Origin: Ascoidea asiatica JCM 7603
Lineage: Eukaryota; Fungi; Ascomycota
NCBI GenBank assembly: GCA_001600695.1
Contig: BCKQ01000007.1
Coordinates: 185,703-249,702 of the forward strand
Reading direction: 5' to 3'
Length of the DNA stretch: 64,000 bases
Shown here piece after piece: positions 37,207-48,975 of this stretch. Position 1 is the stretch's first letter; each line of letters opens with the position of its first letter. The position numbers were made by a program, and so were the translations under genes. The notes under the pieces are model-generated. The model had not been told where the DNA came from, searched no databases, and saw only the letters and a list, made by a program, of their open reading frames with translations.

Positions 37207-38595
37207 CTAAACCAATAACCAAATTGCACCTGCTATTAAAGAAATCCCAATAACAGCTGTTATTACTGAAGCTCCAGCAGTATCTTTTGTATGTAGGGTC
37301 AATGCAGAATCATCATCAGCATTTAAATCTTCAGTTCCTGCAGCAGAATCACCTAAGGAAGATCCTCCATCTTTTGCTGTATATGGAGCAGGTCTATCTC
37401 CAATTCTTAATTGTTGAAAGATTTCTAAAGCTGACATTTGTTCACCTAAACCATAATAACCATCCCAAGTTCCATTATACCAATTTATACCACAAGTATG
37501 ACCATCAGTACCTCCGGAACAAGAAGCAGCAGCACCAATTGCAGAAGTTTGTAATAAACTATAAATTGAATCATAAGTTGAAGGAACTAAAACAGCAGTT
37601 GCACCTAAAAATCTTGCAAAATAAGCTTTGAAAGATCTTTGATCATTATTACAAGTACCAGCATTTTGGCAAGCTGCTTCGTACATTATATTATTTTTGA
37701 AAAAAACTGAAGCACCTTCTAATAAGTTCTCAGTTCTGTTTAACCATTTCTCTTCTTCAGTAAAATTATAAAGATATGCACAACCTGCTAACATCATACC
37801 TTGATTATAAGTCCATTGTAATTTTGAAAGATTTTGACAATCATTTGTAATATCAGCACCATCATAAACAAACCACCAAGTATCAGTAGTTATAAAATCA
37901 ACAGCTACCATCCAATCCCAAACCATATCACACCATTGAACATAAGTTTCATTTGAAGTATATCTTGCTAATCTTGCACCGATTTGAAAAAAAGCACCAT
38001 TGGAAACAGCATTTTTATAATCATAACCTGTATTCCATTGAAAAATTTGCCATCTTAAACCTCCTCCACAATCATCAATATCCCATCTATAAGCCATGGT
38101 ATTAAATACAGCTTGTGCTAAATACAACCAACCATATTGTTCTTCATCACCAGTTGGATTTGTAAAATTTCTTTCTGCGGCTTCCATGGCTGCCAAACCC
38201 CAAAAGCCTTGATCATCATTACCTTCAGTTGTAGATTGATTTGAAGGTACATAATCATAATTTGAACCAACCTGAAATAATAAAGCTTCTTTAGTTTGAT
38301 TTTCATAAGTTGTATTTTCCATTAAAAACCAATAACCAATTAATGTACCCCAAGCTCCACCAGCTTCCCACCAATAATAAGGATCAGAAAACATTCCAGG
38401 AGTTTCACCATATTGATCACCAGTATAATAATCCATTAAACCATCAGCTACTAAAGCTGCGGCTGTATTAAGAGAATCACTGTCACTGACATTTAAATCA
38501 AGAGAATTTGAAATTTTAAAAAAACTCAAAAAAACTAAACATATTGATAATATAGGATAAAAAACTAATATATCTTTTGATTTGAAATTCACCAT
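37207..38595 (-). CDS. DCW1: GH76 GPI-anchored mannan endo-1,6-alpha-mannosidase/transglycosidase (Dcw1/Dfg5 family)
   Basis: Signal peptide; YYWWEAGGAWG (Dcw1-type); catalytic TEGNDDQGFWG; CGGGLRWQIF; C-terminal GPI signal. Confidence 0.92.
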   Translation of the reverse strand: MVNFKSKDILVFYPILSICLVFLSFFKISNSLDLNVSDSDSLNTAAALVADGLMDYYTGDQYGETPGMFSDPYYWWEAGGAWGTLIGYWFLMENTTYENQTKEALLFQVGSNYDYVPSNQSTTEGNDDQGFWGLAAMEAAERNFTNPTGDEEQYGWLYLAQAVFNTMAYRWDIDDCGGGLRWQIFQWNTGYDYKNAVSNGAFFQIGARLARYTSNETYVQWCDMVWDWMVAVDFITTDTWWFVYDGADITNDCQNLSKLQWTYNQGMMLAGCAYLYNFTEEEKWLNRTENLLEGASVFFKNNIMYEAACQNAGTCNNDQRSFKAYFARFLGATAVLVPSTYDSIYSLLQTSAIGAAASCSGGTDGHTCGINWYNGTWDGYYGLGEQMSALEIFQQLRIGDRPAPYTAKDGGSSLGDSAAGTEDLNADDDSALTLHTKDTAGASVITAVIGISLIAGAIWLLV

Positions 38596-39789
38596 TTTTT
38601 TTTATAAAGAAGTGTTTATCTAATTTAAATTCTGAAATCTCATAAACTACAATAAATAGTAATAATATGCAATATTTTTAAGAAAAAATTATAAATAAAG
38701 ATTGGAAAATGACTGAAATCTTAATTCTAAATTTTTCTATTCCATGAAATTAAATTAAGCTTTCTCTATTATAAATAAGAATTAGCAAAGGTCTTTCTGA
38801 ATGCCAGTTTCTAGTCAATTACACCTATAAAAGTTTACTTCTATTTTAGTATATTTGAAATATTTATTCTTGTCAATTCGACTATTTTCTTTCAAAATAT
38901 TGGTATTATTTACCTTTCTCTCATATGTTTCCCAGTTTCTTAATTAAATTAATAATGCTGGATAAAATCCATTTATTAAGACATCGAAGAAAAACCTCAG
39001 CACGTGATAATAACACAAGATCTGAATTCTTGCCCTGAAATGAGGAATTGTTTGTCCTGATCTAGTGCAATGGAAATTTTTGGATAAAAAAGGGGTTTAC
39101 CATTATAGCGGATCCTCAAACTTTCTATTCTCTTTTCCGGTGGCTCAGTATTTAGTCGCGGAATATCTTTCCGTCAATTAAGGATGTATGTTTGTCAAGT
39201 TTTCCAGTTCCGTATGCGGTTTGAAAATAATCTTTTTTTTCTATTTTTTGAGCGTGGGAATTAACGCAATTCTACGAAGAATATGGTATTTTTGTGCGCA
39301 AAATATCTCCACGCAATTAAGCGGCCTTCTACCCCGAATTCATTGCGGCGAGCCGTTTGTACACAGATTCATATAGACTTTTGCGTTGCCATATTTAAGA
39401 TTGATTCGTAAAGCAACGTAAGCGCATTATGTAAGATGCAAAGGCTGACTGATTCTGCATTTGATGACTTTGAACGTACTCGCTGTAAACTGCTGTGCTT
39501 AGTGGGGCAGCTGTTTTTTTTGTTGAATAAAATCAAAACGGGGGTTGGTGTATGACATAAGGGCTATTGAACTATTGTTTTATTTGAGCCAATAAAAGTA
39601 AAAAAACTCAAAATAAAACTCAAGTTTCCAATTATTTACGTTCATTCTTTTTTCAACCATTGTTGTATTCATGAATTTGTAAATTCTATTATTTTCGGTT
39701 TAATTTGTGGAAAATTTGGATAACTAATGTAAATTCTAAAAACATTAGGTTTCAACCAAAAAAGTCTAGATTTAAGTATCTCCTTCGAC

Positions 39790-39819
39790 ATCACGAATAT
39801 CATTAATGATATTCGTGAT
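39790..39819. repeat. Perfect 30-bp palindrome
   Basis: ATCACGAATATCATT|AATGATATTCGTGAT, no spacer, no mismatch. Confidence 0.97.
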
Positions 39820-41728
39820 ATTATCGATGGGCTGTTTCTTTTATGGCCTTTTTTTCAAATTCAAAAAATTTTAGAGGTCCTCATTGCTTTTTAATCGTCT
39901 CACACCTATTAAAATAAAAAAACTTTTGAAATTTAGCTTTGCTTTTTCACTTTAACTTAAACCGAATTTCTCGAGAATTTTCTGGTTATGCAATTACATA
40001 TAAAAAAAGAAATAAAAAACAATAACTTGGGAATTCATGATTTCAAAAAGCTCTCCTAAAGAAACCTCATTTGTCACTTTTTGGTTATAATAATTCCACT
40101 TTCAATCATCATTGTTCTCTTAACAACAGTATCATTAACAAAAGAAGAGTAAATCATTGGTCTCAAAAAATGGTCTTTATTTGAAAATTGGAAATTAACT
40201 TTCAAAGATTAACAGTGTTAGTAGTATTTTTTTCTCAATGATTGTTTTTAGCAGTAATTTAGAGTAGTGTACAGATATTATTGTGATAACCCTTCCAATT
40301 TATAAATTCTCTTTATCTGAGTTTTAACTCATAGCCATTTTGTAACAAAAAAGGGCTTTGTAATAATTTGATTAAAATACATAAATCAAAACATAATGTA
40401 TTTAGATAAATGTGCGTATTTTACTATTTTATTATTTTCAACTGAATTTCATTTTATCAAAAGAGTACAAATAGTTTGAATCAGAACCTTTCTTGATTAG
40501 CAATAAACTATGATAACTTTTTATTACTAACCAGATTTTAGTCTTGATTTTGCTAATCTGAAGAGTCATTAATCTAATTGAGTTAAAATTTAATACTTTT
40601 TTGAAAAGTTTTTTTTCACCTATGCAATTTCTGTTATCACTTAGTTGACTATATTTTTAGCTATGGCTCAAGTAAACTGCTTTTTGGACTTATCAAATAT
40701 TTCTGAATAAGCTAATATGTTCACATTTAATGACTGAAATAGGAAATGATAAACCTGGGTAATAGGATTAAAAGTAAATTTGAAAATATGGATATTGAAA
40801 CTGATAACTTTTTTTAAACTCGATATCATTCTTAGCTGAAATTTGTAATTTATTTCAGCATAATATTATTGTTTTAATGATATTTTACATAGCAACTATT
40901 CCTTGTGGAAATAATTATCATTTTATCAGTACGTGGATAAGAAGTTTTCCAATTTCAAATAGACAAAAATGCATAGCTACTTTTTTGTGTCTTTGAATAA
41001 AATTAATCAATCCATGATCTAAGCACATTTTAATTGAAATTGTGTCTCACCTTACTTATCTAATTATCACAGCTTTTCAGGGAATAATCATCATCCCTTT
41101 TGAACTTTCAAAAAACTTTTCCTTTTCAGTTTCCATCATTGTTTTTTATTACCTAAAACCACAAAAGATTTGCGACTGAATTTTCTCACCTGATTTTATT
41201 TTGCAAACAAAACGCAAAAATCCACTTTCTACTGCAGTTTTCTGTTACTTATTAGCTTAGTCATCGCTGAGTAAGCTACTGGAACAAAGAACTTTGAATG
41301 TTTATTCAATATTCATTAAATAATATAATCAAAATTTCACTAAAGATAAATTAAAAGACTAGCTAAGATGATTAATGGGCCTTAATTGGAATTCAAAAGA
41401 AAATACAAAAGTTCTTAGGGGGTGAAGACAATTAATTATCTTACTCCTACTAAAGTATAATTCTAAAATAGATGTTTATTAATGTAGAGGAGACTAGAAC
41501 AGACAAATTATTATTCATTAATACAAAATAAAAATAAAAATGAAGTAAAAAAAAAAAAAAAGCAATAAATATTTAAAAGCGAATGAAAAATTAAATCATT
41601 GAAAAGTGAGCACAAATAAAAGCAGATTATAAATTATACATGAGGAAGGGAATAAAACACAAAAAAATAAAAATTAACTAAAAAGAATATTGAATTTGAA
41701 GACTTTCTAAATATGATTTAGAAAATAT

Positions 41729-42967
41729 TTATATTATTGATCTTTTTTTCAAAAGAGAACGTTTATGAAAGGAATTAAACATTGATTTTGGTATTTTTTT
41801 GAATGTGGATTTTTCTTGAATTAAGTCTGATTCTTTTGGTTCTGAGATTTGTTCATCTATAATTGTAGGAAATGAATCAAAATTATCTTTCATCAATTTA
41901 AAAGAAAAAGAATTACTCATAGAGTGACCATAGCTATTTATAGGTTCATTTAGGCCTTCTCTATCTATTGCTCTTATTTCTTCATTTAAAGGCATTTTAT
42001 TTCTCGAATAAGTCTTAACTCTATTAGGTATATGTGAATTACCTGTAGTTTCACGAAAGTTTTCATTAAAATTAATTATTTGACTAGAGCCTTCTGCACC
42101 TGATCCAACAGAAGTAGGATTAGAAAATAATGTACTTCCTGTTTCATATGGGGTTAATGAATAATCAGATACTGGAACTTCACTGAATTTTATAATAGGA
42201 TCTACTCCACCTGCCAACATTGTATTTGCTAAAAATGAATATAATCTGGCCCAAAGATCTTCTAATTCAACTGTAAATGAAATTCCAAATCTATCTTGTA
42301 ATGTTTTCAAAAAAGCTTCACCCATCAATTCATGATGTGATGCTTCAATACAAAGAATTCTAGTATGTCTTCTACCTAATTGAATTAAATAATCTTCAAG
42401 AAAACTTAAATCTTCCAAAGTTGTGATAGCAGTACTTAAAACTCCTGAAAATGCAACAGCTTGATGCTTTATGGATGGAAACAATTTTTCTAAGCCTGGG
42501 GACATCGATAATAAGTTAAAATAAAATTGAGAGCAAAATAAAGAGGAAGCCATTGCTTTTATTACTGGAATCTTTTTCATTTCCTTGACATCGTCGGCAC
42601 TTTCAAATCCAAATATATCTGCATTATCATTTGAGTCTGTTAAAACTGCATTCCATGAAGTCCTTATTAATCTCATTTCATGTGGAGTTAATTTCAAGGA
42701 TATTTTCACTTCTGGTATATAGACTGGAGTTGATTGCTGTATAGGATAAAATATATATTGATCTTGTTTAAGAGCTTTTTGATTATCTAAATCATATGGG
42801 TCATCTGCAGATATAAATGTTTCTGTGCTTGATGCATATGTTTTTTCATTATTATATCGATCAAATTTCTGATGATTGAGACTATTATATGAAGAAGAAG
42901 ACAGTGATGTGATGGCTGTATAATCTGATTCCTGATCATATGGACGAGATTCGAAAGAAGAAAACAT
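41729..42967 (-). CDS. Globin-domain protein, YNL234W-like, paralogue A
   Basis: LTPHEMRLIRTSW (A helix), FCSQFY (B10 Tyr), KLFPS (CD1 Phe), KHQA (E7 Gln), LGRRH (F8 His), LWARLYSFLANTM (H helix); disordered flanks, no reductase domain. Confidence 0.88.
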   Translation of the reverse strand: MFSSFESRPYDQESDYTAITSLSSSSYNSLNHQKFDRYNNEKTYASSTETFISADDPYDLDNQKALKQDQYIFYPIQQSTPVYIPEVKISLKLTPHEMRLIRTSWNAVLTDSNDNADIFGFESADDVKEMKKIPVIKAMASSLFCSQFYFNLLSMSPGLEKLFPSIKHQAVAFSGVLSTAITTLEDLSFLEDYLIQLGRRHTRILCIEASHHELMGEAFLKTLQDRFGISFTVELEDLWARLYSFLANTMLAGGVDPIIKFSEVPVSDYSLTPYETGSTLFSNPTSVGSGAEGSSQIINFNENFRETTGNSHIPNRVKTYSRNKMPLNEEIRAIDREGLNEPINSYGHSMSNSFSFKLMKDNFDSFPTIIDEQISEPKESDLIQEKSTFKKIPKSMFNSFHKRSLLKKRSII

Positions 42968-45900
42968 TTTTTATCAAACTGATTTATTTTTCTAAATATT
43001 TTTTGATAATTTTTTTATTTTTATTCGACTAATATTTATAAAATACTGAGATATTTATGCTTGAATGTTTATAATTAGAAACAAATCAGAAAATTAGAAT
43101 ATTATTTGTTTTATATTAATTTCCAAATTTATAAATGAATAAAACAAATTTAAGAAAAGAAATTCAACGTTAAAAGAATAAATTATTTTTCAAGAATATT
43201 ATGTTGTATTTATACTGATTTCAATATTTGAAAGTGACATTAGTAAATTACAGAATTAAATAATATTTGAGTCAACTATTAAAAAATTATACATTTTAAA
43301 AAGAAAGAGAGTGCAGATAAGGAGAAAAAAAATCTCTTTGTCTTTCAGTATTATTTTCAACATTTAACGTTAGAAAAAAGCGTTTATTTTTTATTCTCCG
43401 ATCCTTGAAAATTTATTATAAATTTGTTATTGTTTGTTTTTTTATTAATACCTTAGTAGCACAATTTAACTATTTACATTCCTTATTTGGTTGATTTATC
43501 AACTCATCAAATTAAATAATAAATATTTTTTAATGATCGATGTAATTATATAATTATTTTTGCAATTTTTTTGAAAATTGGCCGAAAATAAGTTTCTCAT
43601 AAATTTGAAAAAACCTTACCATTTCAACAAAAATACTGTATCATAGTCATGTTTTAACTAAAATTGTAAAATGATCACTCACCCTTGAGCAAACCTAGAA
43701 TGATTCTAAACATATTTATTGTACTTGATTTCAAATTTTTTTTACTGAAAATTACACTAAAGCGAATTATTTCAACAATGAGACAATTAGCTAAGAAACA
43801 ATTCAATATGGAATCATAATTTCAACCATTGTTAGTAATACGGTCTGGTTTGATTTTTCAAAAGAACGGAAGTTAGAAGTAGAAGTTGATTTAATAATAC
43901 AGTATCAATAGTATAATATTTTTATATTTTCACAGATTTAAAGTTGCAATTATGGGCCAATAATAATAGAAAAAAAAACTTGAAAAAAAAAAGACGGTAC
44001 ACCTTATTAGGTAACGTTAATGTTAGCAACCGTTTTGAATTTTTTTCATCATCTTCATAAATCATTTTCATGTGGTATATTAATAGTTTTACAGTAAAAA
44101 TGCCGAAAGGTATGTGTGAAATTTTACTGTACTGCACTTTCATCAAAAATAATCCCATAAAAAACATAGTGCGAAGAATTTTTATAGAAAATTCTCTCGG
44201 GATAAATTATTAAAGGATATTATTAGAATAAGGTGTAAGAATTTTTATTTTGTAATATAGTTTACTCATATATCAAGAACCTCATTGGAGGAAAAACTAA
44301 AGGAGTAAATTCACTCTCACTACCTTTTTGTAACCTAACATCAAAGTGTGAGTTTAAACTAAGAATAATAATTTAAATACTTTATAAATACTTCCTTAAC
44401 ACAAAATTGTTTAAATTTGCTTGAAAGCGGTTCAAGTACTGTAGTATAAGAGCTATCTAAACACTCCTTAGTATTAATTTTCAAACAAAGGAAGAATTGA
44501 TTTGAGCTCACAAACAATTGTTTGTAGTTCAAAATATCTTCTTCATGTTTTATGGCTAGAGGAATTTGTCTAGTGATTAAAATCTAAAAGAAGTCTTGAA
44601 ATACGTGGGTAAGTTTAAGCAATGTCTTTTAATAAGGGGACTATTTTTCTGAGAAAATATGTTTTGCTAGAGTTAACTAACCAAAATACCATGATTTTAA
44701 TGTTTGTGGTAAATCACACGAGATTAAGTTCCCATTAAACTGAAACCTTATTTTGAACCGTAACTTAATTGCATTTAGCTCACCGAACGTTATTGGATAC
44801 TGCATACAAACTGTAATTTTCAGTATGAGACATGCAGAATATTAAACAATATAGCATTAGCACACAGTATATTCTCTTAGCGGAGCTATGCTGAAACTTT
44901 TCAACGAATTTCAAATACGAAAATTTTCAAAAAGGCATTTTGAAGCAGAATTCTTGCAAGAAGGCCTTAATCCAACTATCCTATGAAGGCCCGGATCTTT
45001 ATTCAAAACAAGAAGTTGCTGTTGATACTTAAAGATCGAATGATAAATTTTTGATCAAAAGTTTAGGTGGTAGGTGGCAATGTTAGTCTAGGTATTACTT
45101 ACTCTTTTACCTTGTTGTACGAAAGAGCCATTTGTAGCTTTCTCGAAATGATTTTACCTCCTTCTCCCCACAAAAAAAGCCAATGCCTTTACTTTCCAGT
45201 TTTGGTTTATGGGGGATTTTTATTTCTCATCTTAGCAAGAAACGAAAAGACAAAATAACTAAAAGAAAAGGCTATAATTGTTGAGCTATAATGATTTTTA
45301 GTCAATTGTATTGAACTCATTTGATTACAGAGAGGTTTATTATAAAATTCGGATTTTGAAATTAAATTTTTAAGAATCTCAGCTTTTTTTGCCTGTTTTA
45401 GAATAAAAAGTTTTTAATAATTTTTATTATGAGAATTTGTTCACAATCTTTGTAGAACAATTTTTTTTTTTCCAACGGCTAGTGGGGCTTTCAAAAATTG
45501 TTAAAAAATGTAAAAAAACCGTTTTGGGTCAAATCTGATAATTGAATGTAGTTACATTTATTTGAAATTCTTTATAATTTTTGTTGAACATATTTTTTTG
45601 GAAAGAATGGAAAGAATGAATAATTGATATTAAAGAATTGAAGCCTGTTCATGATGTTTTTAAAAACAGAAAATGATATCAATTCTCTTGTCACTTTTTC
45701 AAATAAGGCTCAGTAATTAGGATTATTCAATTACTCACAATTTTTTTCAAATGTTATCCACTATAATTGAGCACAATTTCTGATTTATTTTATAAATAAC
45801 CGTTTATTCGATTATTTTTAACGGCTTAATATGAATAAGATGACAGATTAAATTTTATGGAGTTGAATAGAACATTTTTATTCAACTGAAAAATAACTGC

Positions 45901-47535
45901 ACTGCTCTACTGGATCTTTCTTTTTTCTATTAATGCCTCAAATTTGAGTAAAATTAAACCAAAAATTAGTCAATTTCTGAATAATCAAATTCCCAGCCCA
46001 AAGTTTCAGAATTCTAGAAAAATTAAAATTCATCAACTAAAATAGTTTTAAAAAAATTCAATGATTATTTAATCCAAAAATTTATAGCACTGTGAGTAAA
46101 TTGAAGCCTCCAGAAGGATTTGAAAAAATAATTGATTGAAACTCTTTTATATTATCAAAAACAACTTTTAATCAGAAAGTCAAGGTATTGCGTACTTTCC
46201 AAGGTACTCATTTAACTGTTTTAGCAAATCATAAGCTATTATCAGATATTTCAAATAAACATCACTTCCTTTTTAAATAAAATCTAGTTTTTCTTTTGAA
46301 GGTTTTTTTTTTTATTTATATTAACTTTTTATTTCCATGAGTTGAACGTTTAATTTAGGCAAAAATTTCCTGTAATTTAATCATTCTTTATGAAAATAAT
46401 AAAAAAATTATGTTAATAACAAAAACGGAAAAATTTTTATTATTTCGCCTAGTAGTTACACAACTTAACAGATTGATTTAACACTACTCCACCATAAATG
46501 AAAAATCTTTTCAATTTACCTTTTCCCAAAATTATCATATGGTTCAGTTTTCTTATTTGTTGACCAAAAAATTTTATTATAAAAATTCTTGGATTTGCTT
46601 CATCTTGCGTTGATTGAAATTTTTTTTTTCAGTCTGATTTTTTACCACCAACGGTTAGAAATTATACGGAATGTGTATTTTTTTTATTCATTATAAAATA
46701 ATCTCTATTTTAAAATCTTTTTTTTTCTTCTTTCCTTTAATTTTTACTAAAAATAAAACATGTTTATGTCTAAGGGATTGATTTTTATTTGGTGTTTTGA
46801 TTTAAATTTAAGACACTATCAGAAAATTTTATTAAAAAGCCTACATTGATTCTTAAATATGGCTCCATAATAAGGAATTATTATCTGAATTATTCTTTTT
46901 TAAAATGATCTCATTCCTCATGATTACTGTCTTTGGTGATAATAATTCCTATTATCATCAGCAAAAATATTAAATAAATCTTTGTTTTGGTAAAAAAATG
47001 ACGAATAAAACAAAACAAATTTCAAGCACGATAAAATTAGCGTAATAAACGAAATCGGGTTAAATGACCTTTAAATGCGTTCTCGGAAGAAGAAGGAAAC
47101 AAGTAAAAGAAAACCCTAAGAATTAAGTAATAATTGTTAATTGTGAGGATGATTCGTTTACCATCAAATTGTCAATACTAAAGATTATTAAATAGACTAC
47201 TTACTACAATTTATGTTGAGTTGAAAAGAAATCATGTTTACTATTGGTATGAATATTATACAAAAAAAAAAGTAGTTATTAAAAAATGATAATAATAAAA
47301 AAAACATTGAAAGTAGAATGAAGTGAAGTAAAAGAAATTTAAACAATGGTTAACACAAAAAATTAGAAATAAACATTTTTCAAAAAAACATAACTCATAA
47401 ACTATAGCACAAAATTAAAACATCAGTCTAACTCTTAACCAAGAATATACATATAAAAAACATATAAAAAAGAGAAACAGAAATGTAGGAATGATAAAAA
47501 CACTTTCTAAACGTTTGAAGAAGATTTTGATAAAA

Positions 47536-48975
47536 TTAAATTTCATATCGAGCTCTATTGGAATTAGGTAAAAAGACATTAAATCTCTTTTTGAAATATC
47601 TAAGTTTTGATTTCTTAAAATTATCTTCCATCAGATGATCTTCTGTAGAAAAATCTATTGTTGATTGACTATCTATTGGCTGAAGAGTTCCATCGGTACT
47701 TTCATTATCGTATTCATACCCCAAAGTAACATTACTAAAGAATGAATTCAATGGTTTATATGAAGGTCTATTTCCAGTTCCATTTGAAACCAAGGTTGCA
47801 TCTGATAAAGTTAAACTGTCACTTAAGTTTGTTGTATTGGATAAGGATGGCTCAATTAAGCCATTTATCATAAATCTATCATAATCGTTATGAAGAGAGT
47901 AATCCTCAGGAAATTTCATAATAGGATCAACACCTCCTTGTAGAATTGTATTAGCTAAAAAGGAATATAATCTTGACCAAACATCTTCAAGTTCTACTGA
48001 AAAACTAATTCCAAATCTATCTTGAAATGTTTTTAAAAATGCTTCACCCATAATTTCAAAATGTGGAGGTTCTATTCCCAATATTCTTGCATGCCTTCTA
48101 CCTAATTGAATTAAGTAATCTTCCAATAATGATAAGTTTTCAAGATGTGTAATTGCAGTTCCTAATACACCTGAATATGCAACTGCTTGATGTTCTATTG
48201 AAGGATATAACTTTTCTAAATCTGGAGCAAGGGATAACAAGTTATGATAAAATTGTCGACAAAAAAGTGATGAAGAAGATGCTGTTATTGGAGGTCCCAT
48301 AAAATTTGGGTTGTAATCCTTTTCTTCTGGTGAATCTAATAACATTTGTGTCCATGATGACCTTATTAATCTAATTTCATGATTTGTGAGTGTAAGTGTT
48401 GTTATTATTTTCATAGGTTGTTCAACACTTATAAGATTTCTATCTGTGAAAACCATTGGAGGGGAAATATTAAATATATGAGTATTATCTCTATCTATAT
48501 TGAAAGTTGAAGTAAAATTTGATTTAAGACTATGAGTATCAGAGTTTGAAATTGAGTTCGTAATTTTATGATTAATAGAATTTAAAGAATTTTTTTTGGT
48601 TGAAGAAGAGAATATTGAAGGAGAACTTATATAGTGAGATGAACCTGACTTAGTTCTTTTACTGTCAGAATATTTTAAATTATTATAGGGATTGCTAATA
48701 GTATGAGTATTATTTTCACTATTATTATTTTTAATATTATAATTATTTGATGAAGTTGATTGTTTTAAGGAAATTGAATCGGACTCAAAACTTTTTATAG
48801 TTGAAGAAGACGACATAATGGAATTATTCTCATGATCGTCCTGAGTATTTATATTGTAATTTAATTTGCTTGTACTTATTGAATCATAATCAATATCAAT
48901 TGTATCTGGGAAACTAATTATATGCTGACCTCTATCTGCATTTGATAAATTGAATTGGTAATAAATTTGAGCCAT
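47536..48975 (-). CDS. Globin-domain protein, YNL234W-like, paralogue B
   Basis: LTNHEIRLIRSSW, FCRQFY, EHQA, LGRRHARILGIEPPHFEIMGEAF, VWSRLYSFLANTILQGG. Globin core is highly similar to paralogue A. Confidence 0.88.
   Translation of the reverse strand: MAQIYYQFNLSNADRGQHIISFPDTIDIDYDSISTSKLNYNINTQDDHENNSIMSSSSTIKSFESDSISLKQSTSSNNYNIKNNNSENNTHTISNPYNNLKYSDSKRTKSGSSHYISSPSIFSSSTKKNSLNSINHKITNSISNSDTHSLKSNFTSTFNIDRDNTHIFNISPPMVFTDRNLISVEQPMKIITTLTLTNHEIRLIRSSWTQMLLDSPEEKDYNPNFMGPPITASSSSLFCRQFYHNLLSLAPDLEKLYPSIEHQAVAYSGVLGTAITHLENLSLLEDYLIQLGRRHARILGIEPPHFEIMGEAFLKTFQDRFGISFSVELEDVWSRLYSFLANTILQGGVDPIMKFPEDYSLHNDYDRFMINGLIEPSLSNTTNLSDSLTLSDATLVSNGTGNRPSYKPLNSFFSNVTLGYEYDNESTDGTLQPIDSQSTIDFSTEDHLMEDNFKKSKLRYFKKRFNVFLPNSNRARYEI

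Noticed and set aside
44780-45260. Possible pogo-like transposase remnant on the minus strand (GPS*DSWIKAFLQE)
   Set aside because: Only a few residues resemble the motif, there are many stops, and no DDE motif or inverted repeats were found.
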